DNA of 39,478 bases from Oopsacas minuta (taxonomy: Eukaryota > Animalia > Porifera), in assembly GCA_024704765.1 (NCBI GenBank), contig JAKMXF010000065.1, positions 1 to 39,478 on the forward strand. The letters are read 5' to 3'. This document shows, piece by piece, positions 12,628 through 23,173 of this stretch (position 1 is its first letter; every line of letters starts with the position of its first letter). The notes beneath the pieces are model-generated. The model did no database searches and had not been told where the DNA came from. It saw nothing but the letters and a program-made list of their open reading frames with translations. The position numbers and the translations under genes were made by a program.

Positions 12628-12960
12628 TTAAATATCAATCGGCTTAGAGCACATGAAAGTTAAATACGATCTTTCAGAATCAGAGTGAGTTTTACTTTGT
12701 TCATGTGAATAAAATCCACGATCTTTTTCCAAAGCTTTTTTCCAATTGTCGAAACCGGTTTCTGAAAATGCCTTGTCTGCATGCCCACCAAATAGTGAAG
12801 CAGACGAATTAGTGAACAATCTGCAAAAGAAACAGAATGCTCTTTGCTTGCGTAGGCTATATTCTAACCATTTGAATATAGAATACCATTCAATTCGGAA
12901 ACATCTTCCTTCATATTTTGATTGTCCTGAAAGAGGTTGTAAAGGACCATGACTTCATCT
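12628..12960 (-). pseudogene. hAT N-terminal TTF-type zinc-finger fragment (ZMYM1-like)
   Basis: It reads GPLQP..RCFRIEWYSIFKWLEYSLRKQRAFCFFCRLF..AFSETGFDNWKKA..FYSHEQSKTH. Confidence 0.8.
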
Positions 12961-14125
12961 TTCGAGTCGCTTACGACGTATGGAGTCGTTAAGATGGTAT
13001 ACGTTTTTGCTCTTATAGGACTTCTTGAAGCATAACGGAGAAGTAATAATTACACTCAGGGGACTCGTAACCCATGGATAAACCAGGTTATCGACAAAAT
13101 TATCATTCTGTAGACACATAAGTAGTTTAGTGAAACCACGACCAAAGTCTAATCCAAGCTTGAAATGAAGATCATGTACCGATATTTCTCCGCTGATATT
13201 AAAGATCTTTTCTATCAGGGCATCGATATTGCAACATCTCACTATCCAGGAGTTCCTATATTCTGACTTGTATTTCTCTTTACTATAGTCCAGCTTAATC
13301 TGGATGCATTCCAATATTTCGCCGCACAACAAATGTCGTTCTCTATAGTAGCTATCCATTGATGGACATGGTACTCCAACATCCCTAATAATTCGAGTTA
13401 CTACCTTTAACTGCTTATTAGACAATGACATTCCAGAACACTTCAAATTCGCGATGCGAGAGAAATCCATTTTTGGTAATTTAGCTGGACTTTCGTCAGT
13501 ACTGGAAGACGAGACAGAAAGATGAAACGGATTCCTACCTGAGGTTTCAGGCAACTGAATTGAAGATTTGTTGTGGCTACATTCATGTAATCTTTGGTAT
13601 AAATTAACACCAACGAATGTATTAATAGTGTTGTGGTGTTGCAACATATTATGCGCGTTGGTAATCAATGTCTTTTTCGGACAGTTATGACTAACTCCAG
13701 GAGTAACACGACTCGCACATTTGTTGCATATCTTGATCGTCTTTTGAGGTGAATTGATTTTTGGTCTTCCTGGCTTTATACGGATTATCGAAGATGAAAC
13801 TTGATTCTTGCGACCGAACCTTGAAATTTCGGTGCACATTGAACATAGGTTCCCAATGCGGTAGGTGTTTAAGCGCGTATTACGAATTACGGGCCAATCA
13901 TATCGTGGGGGTGTTTTCCTCGTCGTATCCCCTGAGGACAGAGTAAACAAGTAGAACTTACAAGTATTACACACGATATAAGAGCGATTATCTTCTAAAA
14001 TATAGATTGGTTCCAAATATTGATTGTATAAATCACCTAACATAGTGCCCTTTAGGTGATTATTCCTCAAAACAATTTTGCCAACTTTCGAACAACACCA
14101 ACGAGAAATTCTTGTTTTTGCATGT
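12955..14125 (-). pseudogene. Chapaev (CMC superfamily) transposase N-terminal half, truncated
   Basis: The 371-aa ORF has the Cys clusters IVCNTCKFYL, LCSMCTEI and ICNKCASRVTPGVSHNC. These are followed by KLGLDFGRGFTK, the first catalytic D motif of Chapaev-type transposases. The rest of the DDE core is missing. Confidence 0.65.
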
Positions 14126-14573
14126 TTCCGTAGTCGGATTCAGCGAAGTCCGCAACGTTCGATGCGAAAAATGGCGCTAGAACTCAAAATATGAAGAGAA
14201 TCCGTCCGAACTATTGTGAAGAGCGATATGGGCCTATTTCCTTACAAAAAGAGGAAGGTTCACTTTATTTCGGCACAGATTAAAGAAAAGAGACTAGCCA
14301 GGAGCAAGGCCTTACTCGCCCGGCTCACAAGTTTTGGCAAAGATGGAATTTTGTTCTCGGATCAGAAATTATTCACGGTCGAGCAGGCGTACAATCGTCA
14401 AAAACGATCGTGTATTGTCCTCTTCTCCATCTTCCATACCACAAGAGTATCGATGCGTCCAAAGAGTTCAGCATCCTCAGTGGTGATGGTTTGGGCGGCG
14501 ATGTCCGAAAAAGGCCATACTTCACTGGTTTTCATCCCACCGGACGTAAAAATAAACGCTGTTAAATATCAGG

Positions 14574-16824
14574 CAGTGGCGTAGCCAGGAATAGTTGGAA
14601 TGGGGGGCAATTAAAATTATTTATTACACTAAACATAACAAATAACCTAATTACCAATATATTATATTACGCGTATCAATTTATTTTAATGAATATACTA
14701 TGAATGATGTCTATCGAAATCTAATCAACACAGCACATACTAAGATAATTGTAATCTCCTATCTGCCATGGATACAAACTTAGAAATTAGGTCTTCATTA
14801 TCTAGAGAAAGCAGAATTTCTTTCTCTATTGAGCAAAACATCAATTATTCTAGACGATCTTCGCACATTGTAGACCGTAACTTAGTTTAATCAAAGACAA
14901 TTTAGAAAAACTTTTTTCTGCATGGGCTGTAGTCACTAGTAGTGTGTATAATATTCGATACATGTAGCGGAGTTCTGTGTATGAATGAGGTAATTCGTTA
15001 TAAACATCAAGTAAAGGAGTGTCTTGTTTTATAAAATGCCTTGCTAGGTTCCATTCAGCTATAAAACGGTCTGGAGATATTTTTTTGTATTGATGAACAA
15101 GTTTTAGAAGATTTTCCTCTGCGTCAATGGCTTCAAAATTCCTTGGATCCAAAAATGCAAAATTACTTAATTGATTGGGGAAGCGAGAATTAATCTCAGA
15201 AATCATACTATCGACCAATGCTTCGTGAAAGTTTACTCTCAAATTATCTTTTGGTGAAAATATTATTCCTGTAGAAGGATTATTATCAACTCTGCAAGAA
15301 ACTCTTCTTGAACGTTGAGTGCTAAATTCAGTATTGAGGCCTAACTTTATCGCGAAATTCTCTGCTTTACTAAACGCATCCAACCAGACGTTTTCAGTAC
15401 GTAATCTCTGTAGTTCAATTTTTAAAACATGGATCTGTTTGTTTGCCGTTAATAGGTCTATTTGACAACTCTGCAATGTTTCACTTATTATATTGATAGC
15501 TAAAAGGATAGGAGTAACTGTGACAAGAGAAATTACAAAGTTGAAAGTAGATATACTCGCTAAAAGGCCAGTAGCTGTACCTCTAGAATTACCATCTGTA
15601 GTAGTAGCACAAACATGTTCAATTGTATCCAAAACTGATTTGAATATAACTTCATTTAGTAATCGTTGACAAGAAGACGCCCTGCAATTCCACCTTGTGT
15701 CGGATAGACCAACTAAGTGTAAAGGACGTTGATCAGATTGTATCTCTCTCTGTCTCTCAATAAAATAACCATGTCGCTGCGCACTACCTTCAATAAATGT
15801 GTATACTAATTCCACTATTCCAAAGAATTTACTTGCTTGAATGTTTCTATGATTACAAACAGAATTCACTAACACTCGATTCAGACTATGGGAATAACAA
15901 TGAGTGAATAGTGCTAGTGGATTTAACTCGCGAATTCTTGCTTGTACACCTTTGCGAATCCCAGACATGTTGCTTCCTCGTCATAACCTTGGCCAACTAT
16001 GTCTTCAACTTGTAATCCAAGACTGTTTAGTTTTTTAATTAGAATATTTGTAATTTCTTCTCCAGTAGTAATAGGATTTTCTAATAAAGCAACAAAAACT
16101 CTCTGAAATTTTCAATTTAAAGGGCTCACATATCTGACAATAACAGTAAGCTGTTCTTTATGAGATACATCAGTTGTTTCATCCATCAATACTGCAAAAA
16201 TACCTGCCCCTTTAATGCAACCAACAATTTTACTTCTGATTTCATTCCCAATAATCGAAATCATTTCATTTTGAATTTGTGGACTAAGGTACATTCGATT
16301 CTTATTTGAGTTTGTTAAGTGCCCATTCAAGACATCATCTCCATTGTTTGCCAAAAAATGTACAAATTCAATATATTCACCTCTATTATTTGAGATAATA
16401 CTTTCATCGTGACCACGAAAAGGTAACGAAAGCTTCTCTAAAAGCTTCACAATACTGAATAACTTTCCGATCATTTTTCTGTTTCAAATTATAGCGTGTG
16501 ATCGATTAGTTTGTTGTTGACATAGTGCTTAAATATTATGTAATCCTTAGGGGGATCTTAACATAGATCTCTAGATTCAAATTCGATGCAGTTGCATCTT
16601 CTTAATCTCTCCATTTGATAAACAAATAAATTTAATCTAATAAAACAATTTTGGAATACCAATGCATAATATAATAGATAAGTAATTTAATGGTAAATCA
16701 TAATTTATTCCAGTTCCCAGTACTTGGTTGAAATAGGAACACTACTAAAGGCCGGACAAAAACGTTTGTTCACAATAGAAAGGGGGGGCAAGTGCCCCCC
16801 TTGCCCCCCGTGGCTACGCCACTG
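14574..16824 (-). mobile_element. hAT element (ZMYM1/PRKRIR-like), internally deleted, 2251 bp
   Basis: It has perfect 13-bp TIRs cagtggcgtagcc and a perfect 8-bp TSD atatcagg (14566-14573, 16825-16832). Confidence 0.92.
14850..16474 (-). pseudogene. hAT transposase pseudogene lacking its N-terminal zinc finger
   Basis: Motifs: AVLMDETTDVSHKEQL, GQGYD, THCYSHSLN, SDTRW, TTAHAEKSFS. It is frameshifted near 16110 and 15970. Confidence 0.88.
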
Positions 16825-17333
16825 ATATCAGGAGCTCGTTTTAGAGCCAATAGTGAGAGGCCTTGGTATGACCATGTTCAATAATCGTCCATTTTTATTC
16901 CAGCAAGATGGTGCGCCAGCCCACACAGCGAAAGTCAACCAACAGTGGTTACGAAACAATATCCCAAACATCATCTCCAAGGAGGAATGGCCTCCTTCCA
17001 GCCCAGATCTCAACCCGACGGACTTCTTGTTGTGGTCGATATTGGAGACAAATGCGTGCACTACTTCTCACAAGAGTATCAAGTCTCTAAATTACCTCCT
17101 TATCCCTCGAATGGGCAAAAATCCCGCAGGAAAGGTTGCGTGCCGCTGTCGAGTCCGTCCTCAAGCGGCTAAGAGCTGTCATCAAAAATAAAGGGGCTAT
17201 ATCGAACAATTGAATATATTATGAATCTATATTTAGTTTGCTAAGTTATAGCATAATTTCAAGTGAATATCTTAGTTCATGCTTTAGTTATAATAGATTT
17301 TCAATGGGACAGAACTTATTTGTCACCCTGTAT

Positions 17334-18583
17334 ATTTACCATCCAATTCGATGCAAGTTTTAACTCTATCCGCATTCCATCTACTAACGTTTGCAAAGAA
17401 CTTGGCTGTAGAGCTTCCCAGGCAGATTCGAGCTGCAATTTCAGGTCCGAAATATTTTTGCCGGCTCCCTCTTGTTCAGTTCTTCCTCAAGATATCCCCA
17501 TAGGTTTTCAAGTGGATTTCAGTCAGGAGAGTTCCCCGGCCATTGAGATTTCTCCCAATGGTTTGGTAGGTTCTCCTTGCACCAACCTTGGGTCATTTCG
17601 GACGTGTGAGCAGGGGCACCGTCCTGCATAAAAACAACCGTTGACATGTTTGGTACCATTTTCATCTCCAAAACTGATCCATTATTTTGAGTTCTGCGAA
17701 GGGTATCCAAATAAGACTTAGCCAGGATCTCATCTATATAGTAGGCTGTATTCACTGTCTGTTTGAGAGGGATTAAGTGTATTTCGATATAGCTCGAAAG
17801 CTCATCATCCCCAAACCATGAATTTCGGGGGAAATTTCACCGTTTCCTGTAGCATGATGTTCGAGCTATTCTTGGCCAATATCCTATCATTTTGGTGATT
17901 TGTTGGTTGAAATTGCTCGAAATAAGATTCGTCAGAACAAAGGATGTTTCTCCAGTTAGCAACAGTAGAGTTTTGCTTTGTCAGACAGAAATCTAATCTG
18001 TTTTAGCTCTGTTATACAGAGAGTTTTGGCTGTTTGGGTCGCTTATAGGGCCTAACTCACAAATCCTTTGTTAAATAGCGATGAATGGTGTCTTTTGAGA
18101 CAGGAGCACAAGTTCTAGTGATTTATTTAGCAATTCGTTGCGTTGACTTGTGTTGTTTCCCAAAAGATTTTGCAATAATGATTTTGGACCGCCTTTTTAG
18201 CTTTTTGGGCCCTGCAACCCCCTTTCTATGTTGGAGGACTTTTGAAGAATTATACCGTGCCAACCATCTCGAACCGTTCGGATATCCTTTCCAAATTTGT
18301 TTGCTACATAGTTCTGAGTAGAACCTGCGAGTAACATACCGATAGCACGATTTCTAACCTGTAATTTATTTTCATTGACATCCATATTCGGCATAAATCC
18401 AGTCAGGGTAAAGAGAACAAAACTTTTTAAATACTTATAAAATAGCAGCTATAATATTTCGAGTTGAATAACAGTTATATTTCAATTCTTCAATCACTAT
18501 AACTAATGTCTATACTGTTTTAAGGTCAGTTATAGCATTTTTTGTGCCATAGCACAATAGAGCAATAATTTTGAGACAACCTG
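17334..18583 (-). mobile_element. Tc1-like DD37E element, 3' terminus lost
   Basis: Its 5' TIR is (reverse complement) caggttgtctcaaaattattgc, flanked by TA (18584-18585). The ATG is at 18394. It carries FMQDGAPAH...WPGNSPD..NPLE with a 37-aa spacing. The C-terminus is cut by the maT TIR. Confidence 0.85.
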
Positions 18584-18586
18584 TAT

Positions 18587-18845
18587 AGTGAATATCCACT
18601 AATTCTACTAAAATCCTTGAAAGAATTGATGTATCCATTTTAGCAGAAAATATTTATTATTTCCTGTTAGTACAAATTTCATAGCTATAATTAACACAAC
18701 TAACTGAGATCTATATATCACCATCTACTAAATACAGTATCTGATTAGATTTAATGGGGAATTGGTAATTCTTGCACTTTGACAATGCCTTTGAAATATC
18801 AATCGAAAAATTGGTAGTAGATAATCATAGGACTGCATCCAAATG
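18587..18845 (-). repeat. 3' fragment of the hAT family found at 6010-9646
   Basis: It is directly alignable to ~6104-6362, sharing ccactaattctactaaaatccttgaaagaattgatgtat ... gcatccaaatg. Confidence 0.85.
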
Positions 18846-19266
18846 AGAACGATAAACCCCGCCTTTTGTTAATTTGCAAGTCAACTTCCTCACAGATAAC
18901 CTAGGATTGTTGATTGCCAAACTAACAAGTGATCTAGCATTATTTGCTTTGACCTGACGTTGTTTCCCGGAGCCAATCTTTCTATCAACGGATTCAGCAT
19001 TCCTCAATTTGGAAACAGTGTGATAAACTGTACTTTTTGGAACTCCAGTTCTTCGAGATAAATCCATACAATTCGTGATTCCTGTGTTGAAAAGTATCTT
19101 GATATTGTTACGCTGTTCTTGCTCGTTCATTTTAAGGTTTTGAATTGATGAAAGTAAAGAATTATTAGCGAAGAAAAAAAGTGTTGCAAGAAACTCAAGT
19201 GAGGAATATTTATATAGAATATATAATTAGTGACAAAGTATAAATTGAAATATTTTGTAATCGCAG

Positions 19267-22201
19267 CACAGTGGCACGAAATGACAGTTTGGTGGAAATA
19301 GCAATTTATGTAACAGATATGCATTTATGATGTATTATTGACGTATAGGTTATCTACCATATACAACAGATTTACACTATCAGAATTTATAAACGGCTTC
19401 GGAATCACGAGTTATGACGTCATTGGAATGTCAATATAGTTTTTAGAAATATACTTAATCATCCTCTATTATGAGGGAATTAACAATAAGATCTTGTTTA
19501 CTAAAAGTATCGCTTTTACTCGAGGTACTTTTCCGCATCTTTCTGTTTAGTAGAAGAAGCGGATCACTTTGGCAGATGTTCCGTGAGAAAACATCTTTTA
19601 AGTTTTCTTCAAAAGAAAACTTCCTCAACAAACGTTCTCTAAATCTTCTGAGTAACTTATTGCCTGACTCCAGACCTTCCTCTGATAATTGTTCCAGTCC
19701 ATAACCATCATTATAATCAGAAATAATGCTTGCCTCATGAGCTAACAGTTTGTGCATTGTAGGGGTTATGTTAGCCCAAGAAAATTGCGTCAAAATCAGC
19801 TGATAAAGTTCGCGACATACTAATGAGAGTTCGTCTGTGTGTATTCTTCTATTAGAACTATATACCCGTAGGATGGCTCCAAGGTAGGTGTGGATATCAG
19901 TGATCACTTGTTTGCAATTTGATGGTAATACTGTCAAAATCCAGTATAGGAAGTCTCTCTCACTATCATCTTTCCTCACTAAGCATCGTCTCACAACATT
20001 TCCTGTTGTAGAAGTTCCACCTTGTGAAGAAGCACAATCAATCATCAAATTCAACTTTTCTTTTAACAAACCCCAAATAAAACTCTTGGTGTATTGGACT
20101 TTAGTAAAAGTTGGTGACCATTTAGTTACTCCAGCAGTCAGATGGCTTACCAGAGACATAAACCAACTGAAACACCTAAGGTATCCGTGTAAAGGTGAAC
20201 CCGGGATTATGTCTATATCAGATAAAGGTGCATGGGTAAGATCAAATCTTTCGTTAGAACTTAGTGAGAGAAATCGCTCTTCATCAACTTCTTCAAATAT
20301 GATCTTTGCATCACTGATAAACCTGTTGATGGGAAAGCCATCCTGGACAAAAGTTAAATCGTGCATCTGCTCGAATGTAGTTGTGCAAAACTGACAACAA
20401 GCTCCTCCTGCACCACTCAAAATTTGAGCCATTTTTCCATCAATTTGCGAACGCAAAATTTGCACACTAGCAGTGATACCATTAATCAAATTTAGACCAT
20501 TATTTTCGATGTACTCAGTCTTCTTGTTGACCATTGTCGACATAAGAAAGCCTACATTTTCTAGATTTTCTTGAAGAGCAAGTATGGTTATTGGCCTTAT
20601 CGAGAATGGGGAATTCGGAACAGAGTTCTTCCAGAGGAGTTTTCCTTGGTGATTGGTGATAGAAAGCACCTTAAATCCAAATAATAGAAAGTCCTTGGTT
20701 GTTAAATCGGGATGGGAAGTTGCTTGTTGATAAACGCGGTGGGAACCTGACCCATCTAACCCATCAGATATCCGAATCTTAAGTGGTTGGTCATCACTGT
20801 CAATGGGAGTATTTGTGGATATTATCCTATTCACTGTGTGAGTGAGCAATGTGTAATAGGAAATGCCAATGCCAACCGGATATTCTCTTTCCACTATTTC
20901 CATCTCATCAATTAGGCAAATTTGACTACGATGGATTGCGACTCTATTGTAACCAGGAAGAGTGATATCCTCATTAATTAATATACGTCTTAGGTCGATG
21001 TATTTTGACTTCCCAATTTCTAATGAGTCTAGTAAGAAGCAAGACGAATCTAAAGAGAGTTTCCTGTTGAAATTTCCTAATCCATGACTCCCGGCAATTA
21101 CATTTTTGCTGATATTAGCGGTGCTAACATCATGCTCTTCCTGTGAATACAACAACAGTAAGTAGCTAGAAATCATCTTAGGTGAAACTTCTTCCCGCTG
21201 TGCGACAGCTTCCAGATGTAATCTCAGGTTGGCTAATCGATATCGCATACCTTTATTACTTAATTCGCTGATGTGCTTCCTAGATACTCGACTAAAATCT
21301 TCCCCGAATACAATTGTAGATTCCTTGAAGGGTCTAGCTTCATTTGAAGACTGTGGAATGTCATCCATTTGAGGATCCCTACAAAAGAGCAATTCCTCCC
21401 AAGTTGCTAAGTCCTTCTCTTTTAAATATATTTTTCTTTCAGACTTAATATTTGAAAATTTTCGGCAGAAAAGGTCACAATTGGACTCTCCAAGATTATA
21501 TTTAGCAATAAACTCACGAGCAATCGTACAAACGCTTTCTCCGAGTTGGACATATAGAAATTGAAGGCTTCTTTGTTGTTCATTAGGACGGAGTAAAATT
21601 GAAACTAATTAATAATCAACCATAAGATAAAATTTGTTGCAAACCAAAGGGCTGTAAATTACGGGACGAGCAGTAGAAATAGTTGCAAAACTCAATTAGC
21701 GCCAAGTTGCGCCAGGCTAGAACTAAGTTTATTTTATTTTAAATATAACTTTTTCAAAATAAAATCCAATTTACAACGGGCAACAACAGGCAAAGATAGT
21801 TGTGGCATTTAAAACTCAATTGACCAAACATAAATTCACCAAAATTATTTGGAATTTCTACCTAGTATATTCTAAAAGCTAATATTATAATTTAGTAGTA
21901 ATGTATTTCATTATAATGGCCACTTAAAGTACTTCAATATGACAGGCTACAATTTTCATATACATAACTAAAACAAGAATATGTGTCAAATTCCTTTGGC
22001 TACTTTGAGAAACCTTGATTTTTGTGTTTCATCATGTTGAAGTTACTCATCTAGAAATAACTATTGTTCAAAAGTAAACTATCAAATATCATTGTATGCT
22101 GTATTTCTGGGTTTCCGAGTATGCTGAATAAGATAGGATTAATTAGATATCAAAATATCACTGTCCAATATATCGCAATTTCCATCTGTCGTGCCATTGT
22201 G
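19267..22201 (-). mobile_element. Complete Transib (RAG1-core-like) transposon, 2935 bp
   Basis: The termini are CACAGTGGCACGA (19267) and reverse-complement CACAATGGCACGA (22201). An identical 5-bp GC-rich TSD CGCAG lies at 19262-19266 and 22202-22206. Confidence 0.95.
19455..21583 (-). CDS. Transib/RAG1-like DDE transposase. The likely ATG is at 21583 with one frameshift at ~21542; the uninterrupted frame runs 19455-21392, with an in-frame ATG at 21368.
   Basis: Motifs: SDGLDGSG (D600-equivalent), SQIDGKM (D708), CQFC and MHKLLAH (ZnC2/ZnH2), SPLHGY, GTSTTGNVVRR, SEEGLESGNKLLRRFR (E962), SDPLL. An NBD-like segment RKHISELS..RYRLANL..AQREE is also present. Confidence 0.92.
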
Positions 22202-23173
22202 CGCAGTCAGCTAGAGATGTCCAATTGGTTAAGAAATGACTAGATATAGTTAAAAAAGACAAACTATCAATATTATTACGATAATCAATTTGAAAATGCA
22301 ACTAGGAACATTCCAACATCGAAAAGGATTTTCCCAATTTCAAGTTGACAGACTGTATAAAGTATAATTGATTTCATTATAATCTTATTAATTATCATTT
22401 TAATTGCTTCAATAGGAATCCATAACTAACTCTATGTATTCGCTGAGTATAGATATCCAATATTATCCATGAATAATTATTCTAAGTATTTGCGGTTTTA
22501 CTTGTTTTTATATATTACATATTCAATCATCTCCCTTTATAGAACTAATAGATTGTCTCTACCACCTCGTGAGGCTGTGAAAACGTATCCATAATGTGCT
22601 ACAATATATTCTCAAGTAATAATTTTTGAGACTGGAGTTCCAAACAGAAAATATCTGAAAATATATTCTTGTTTAGTGTATATTCCCAGAAAGTGTATTC
22701 TTATATGGGGTATACAGTGTATATTTATTCTCTTATTGGTATTAAATTCTACTAACTAAAGTACTCAAGAAAACTTTTGATTGCTCATGTCCGCTTATAA
22801 GACTGGGCAGGCTTGCTATGAACTCTTATTTTTTGTAAGGTGGATGTTATTGAAAATATTTTTACAGTTTAGCTTATAATTGTATATGATATTTTTCCTA
22901 CTTATTTGGATTTGAATCATATTAACATGCTTAAATCAGTTCTCAACGAGCTATCGGAGGATATTGTCATGTCATTCTCACATATATACTACCATCTTGC
23001 TAATTCCAGAAAAATTGATTTTCTTGAGGTAATTGCTTTTAATTAATGAGGTGAGCAATCATTTATTTAGTCATATTGATTTGTGGATGAGAGTATTTAT
23101 GTAATTGAATAACCAATAATATTTAAATACTATGTACAGTTCAGTTTAGTCAGAGCTGCTCGGTTCCGCCTAG

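Larger units (their letters stand above)
14127..17331 (+). mobile_element. Second copy of the maT DD37D element, 5'-truncated and split by a hAT
   Basis: It is colinear with the reverse complement of 8178-9121 on both sides of the hAT. Its right TIR gggacagaacttatttgtcaccctg is followed by TA at 17332-17333. Confidence 0.9.
18846..22355 (-). mobile_element. 5' part of a Tc1-like element (HTH ORF 18825-19130) whose 5' UTR is interrupted by the Transib
   Basis: The ORF MNEQEQRNNIK..SRRTGVPKSTVY..RKIGSGKQR..NPRLSVRKL is a Tc1 paired-HTH N-terminus. The 5' terminus is (reverse complement) cagtctgtcaacttgaaattggg, flanked by TA at 22356-22357. Confidence 0.7.

Noticed and set aside
19267-19310. 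Canonical RSS nonamer ACAAAAACC at 12 or 23 bp
   Set aside because: The sequences at those offsets are agtttggtg and aatagcaat, which do not match.
19267-22201. RAG2-like partner gene (ProtoRAG-type two-gene element)
   Set aside because: Only ~190 bp lie between the transposase stop and the terminus, and ~620 bp upstream. There is no kelch or PHD ORF inside the TSD-defined element.
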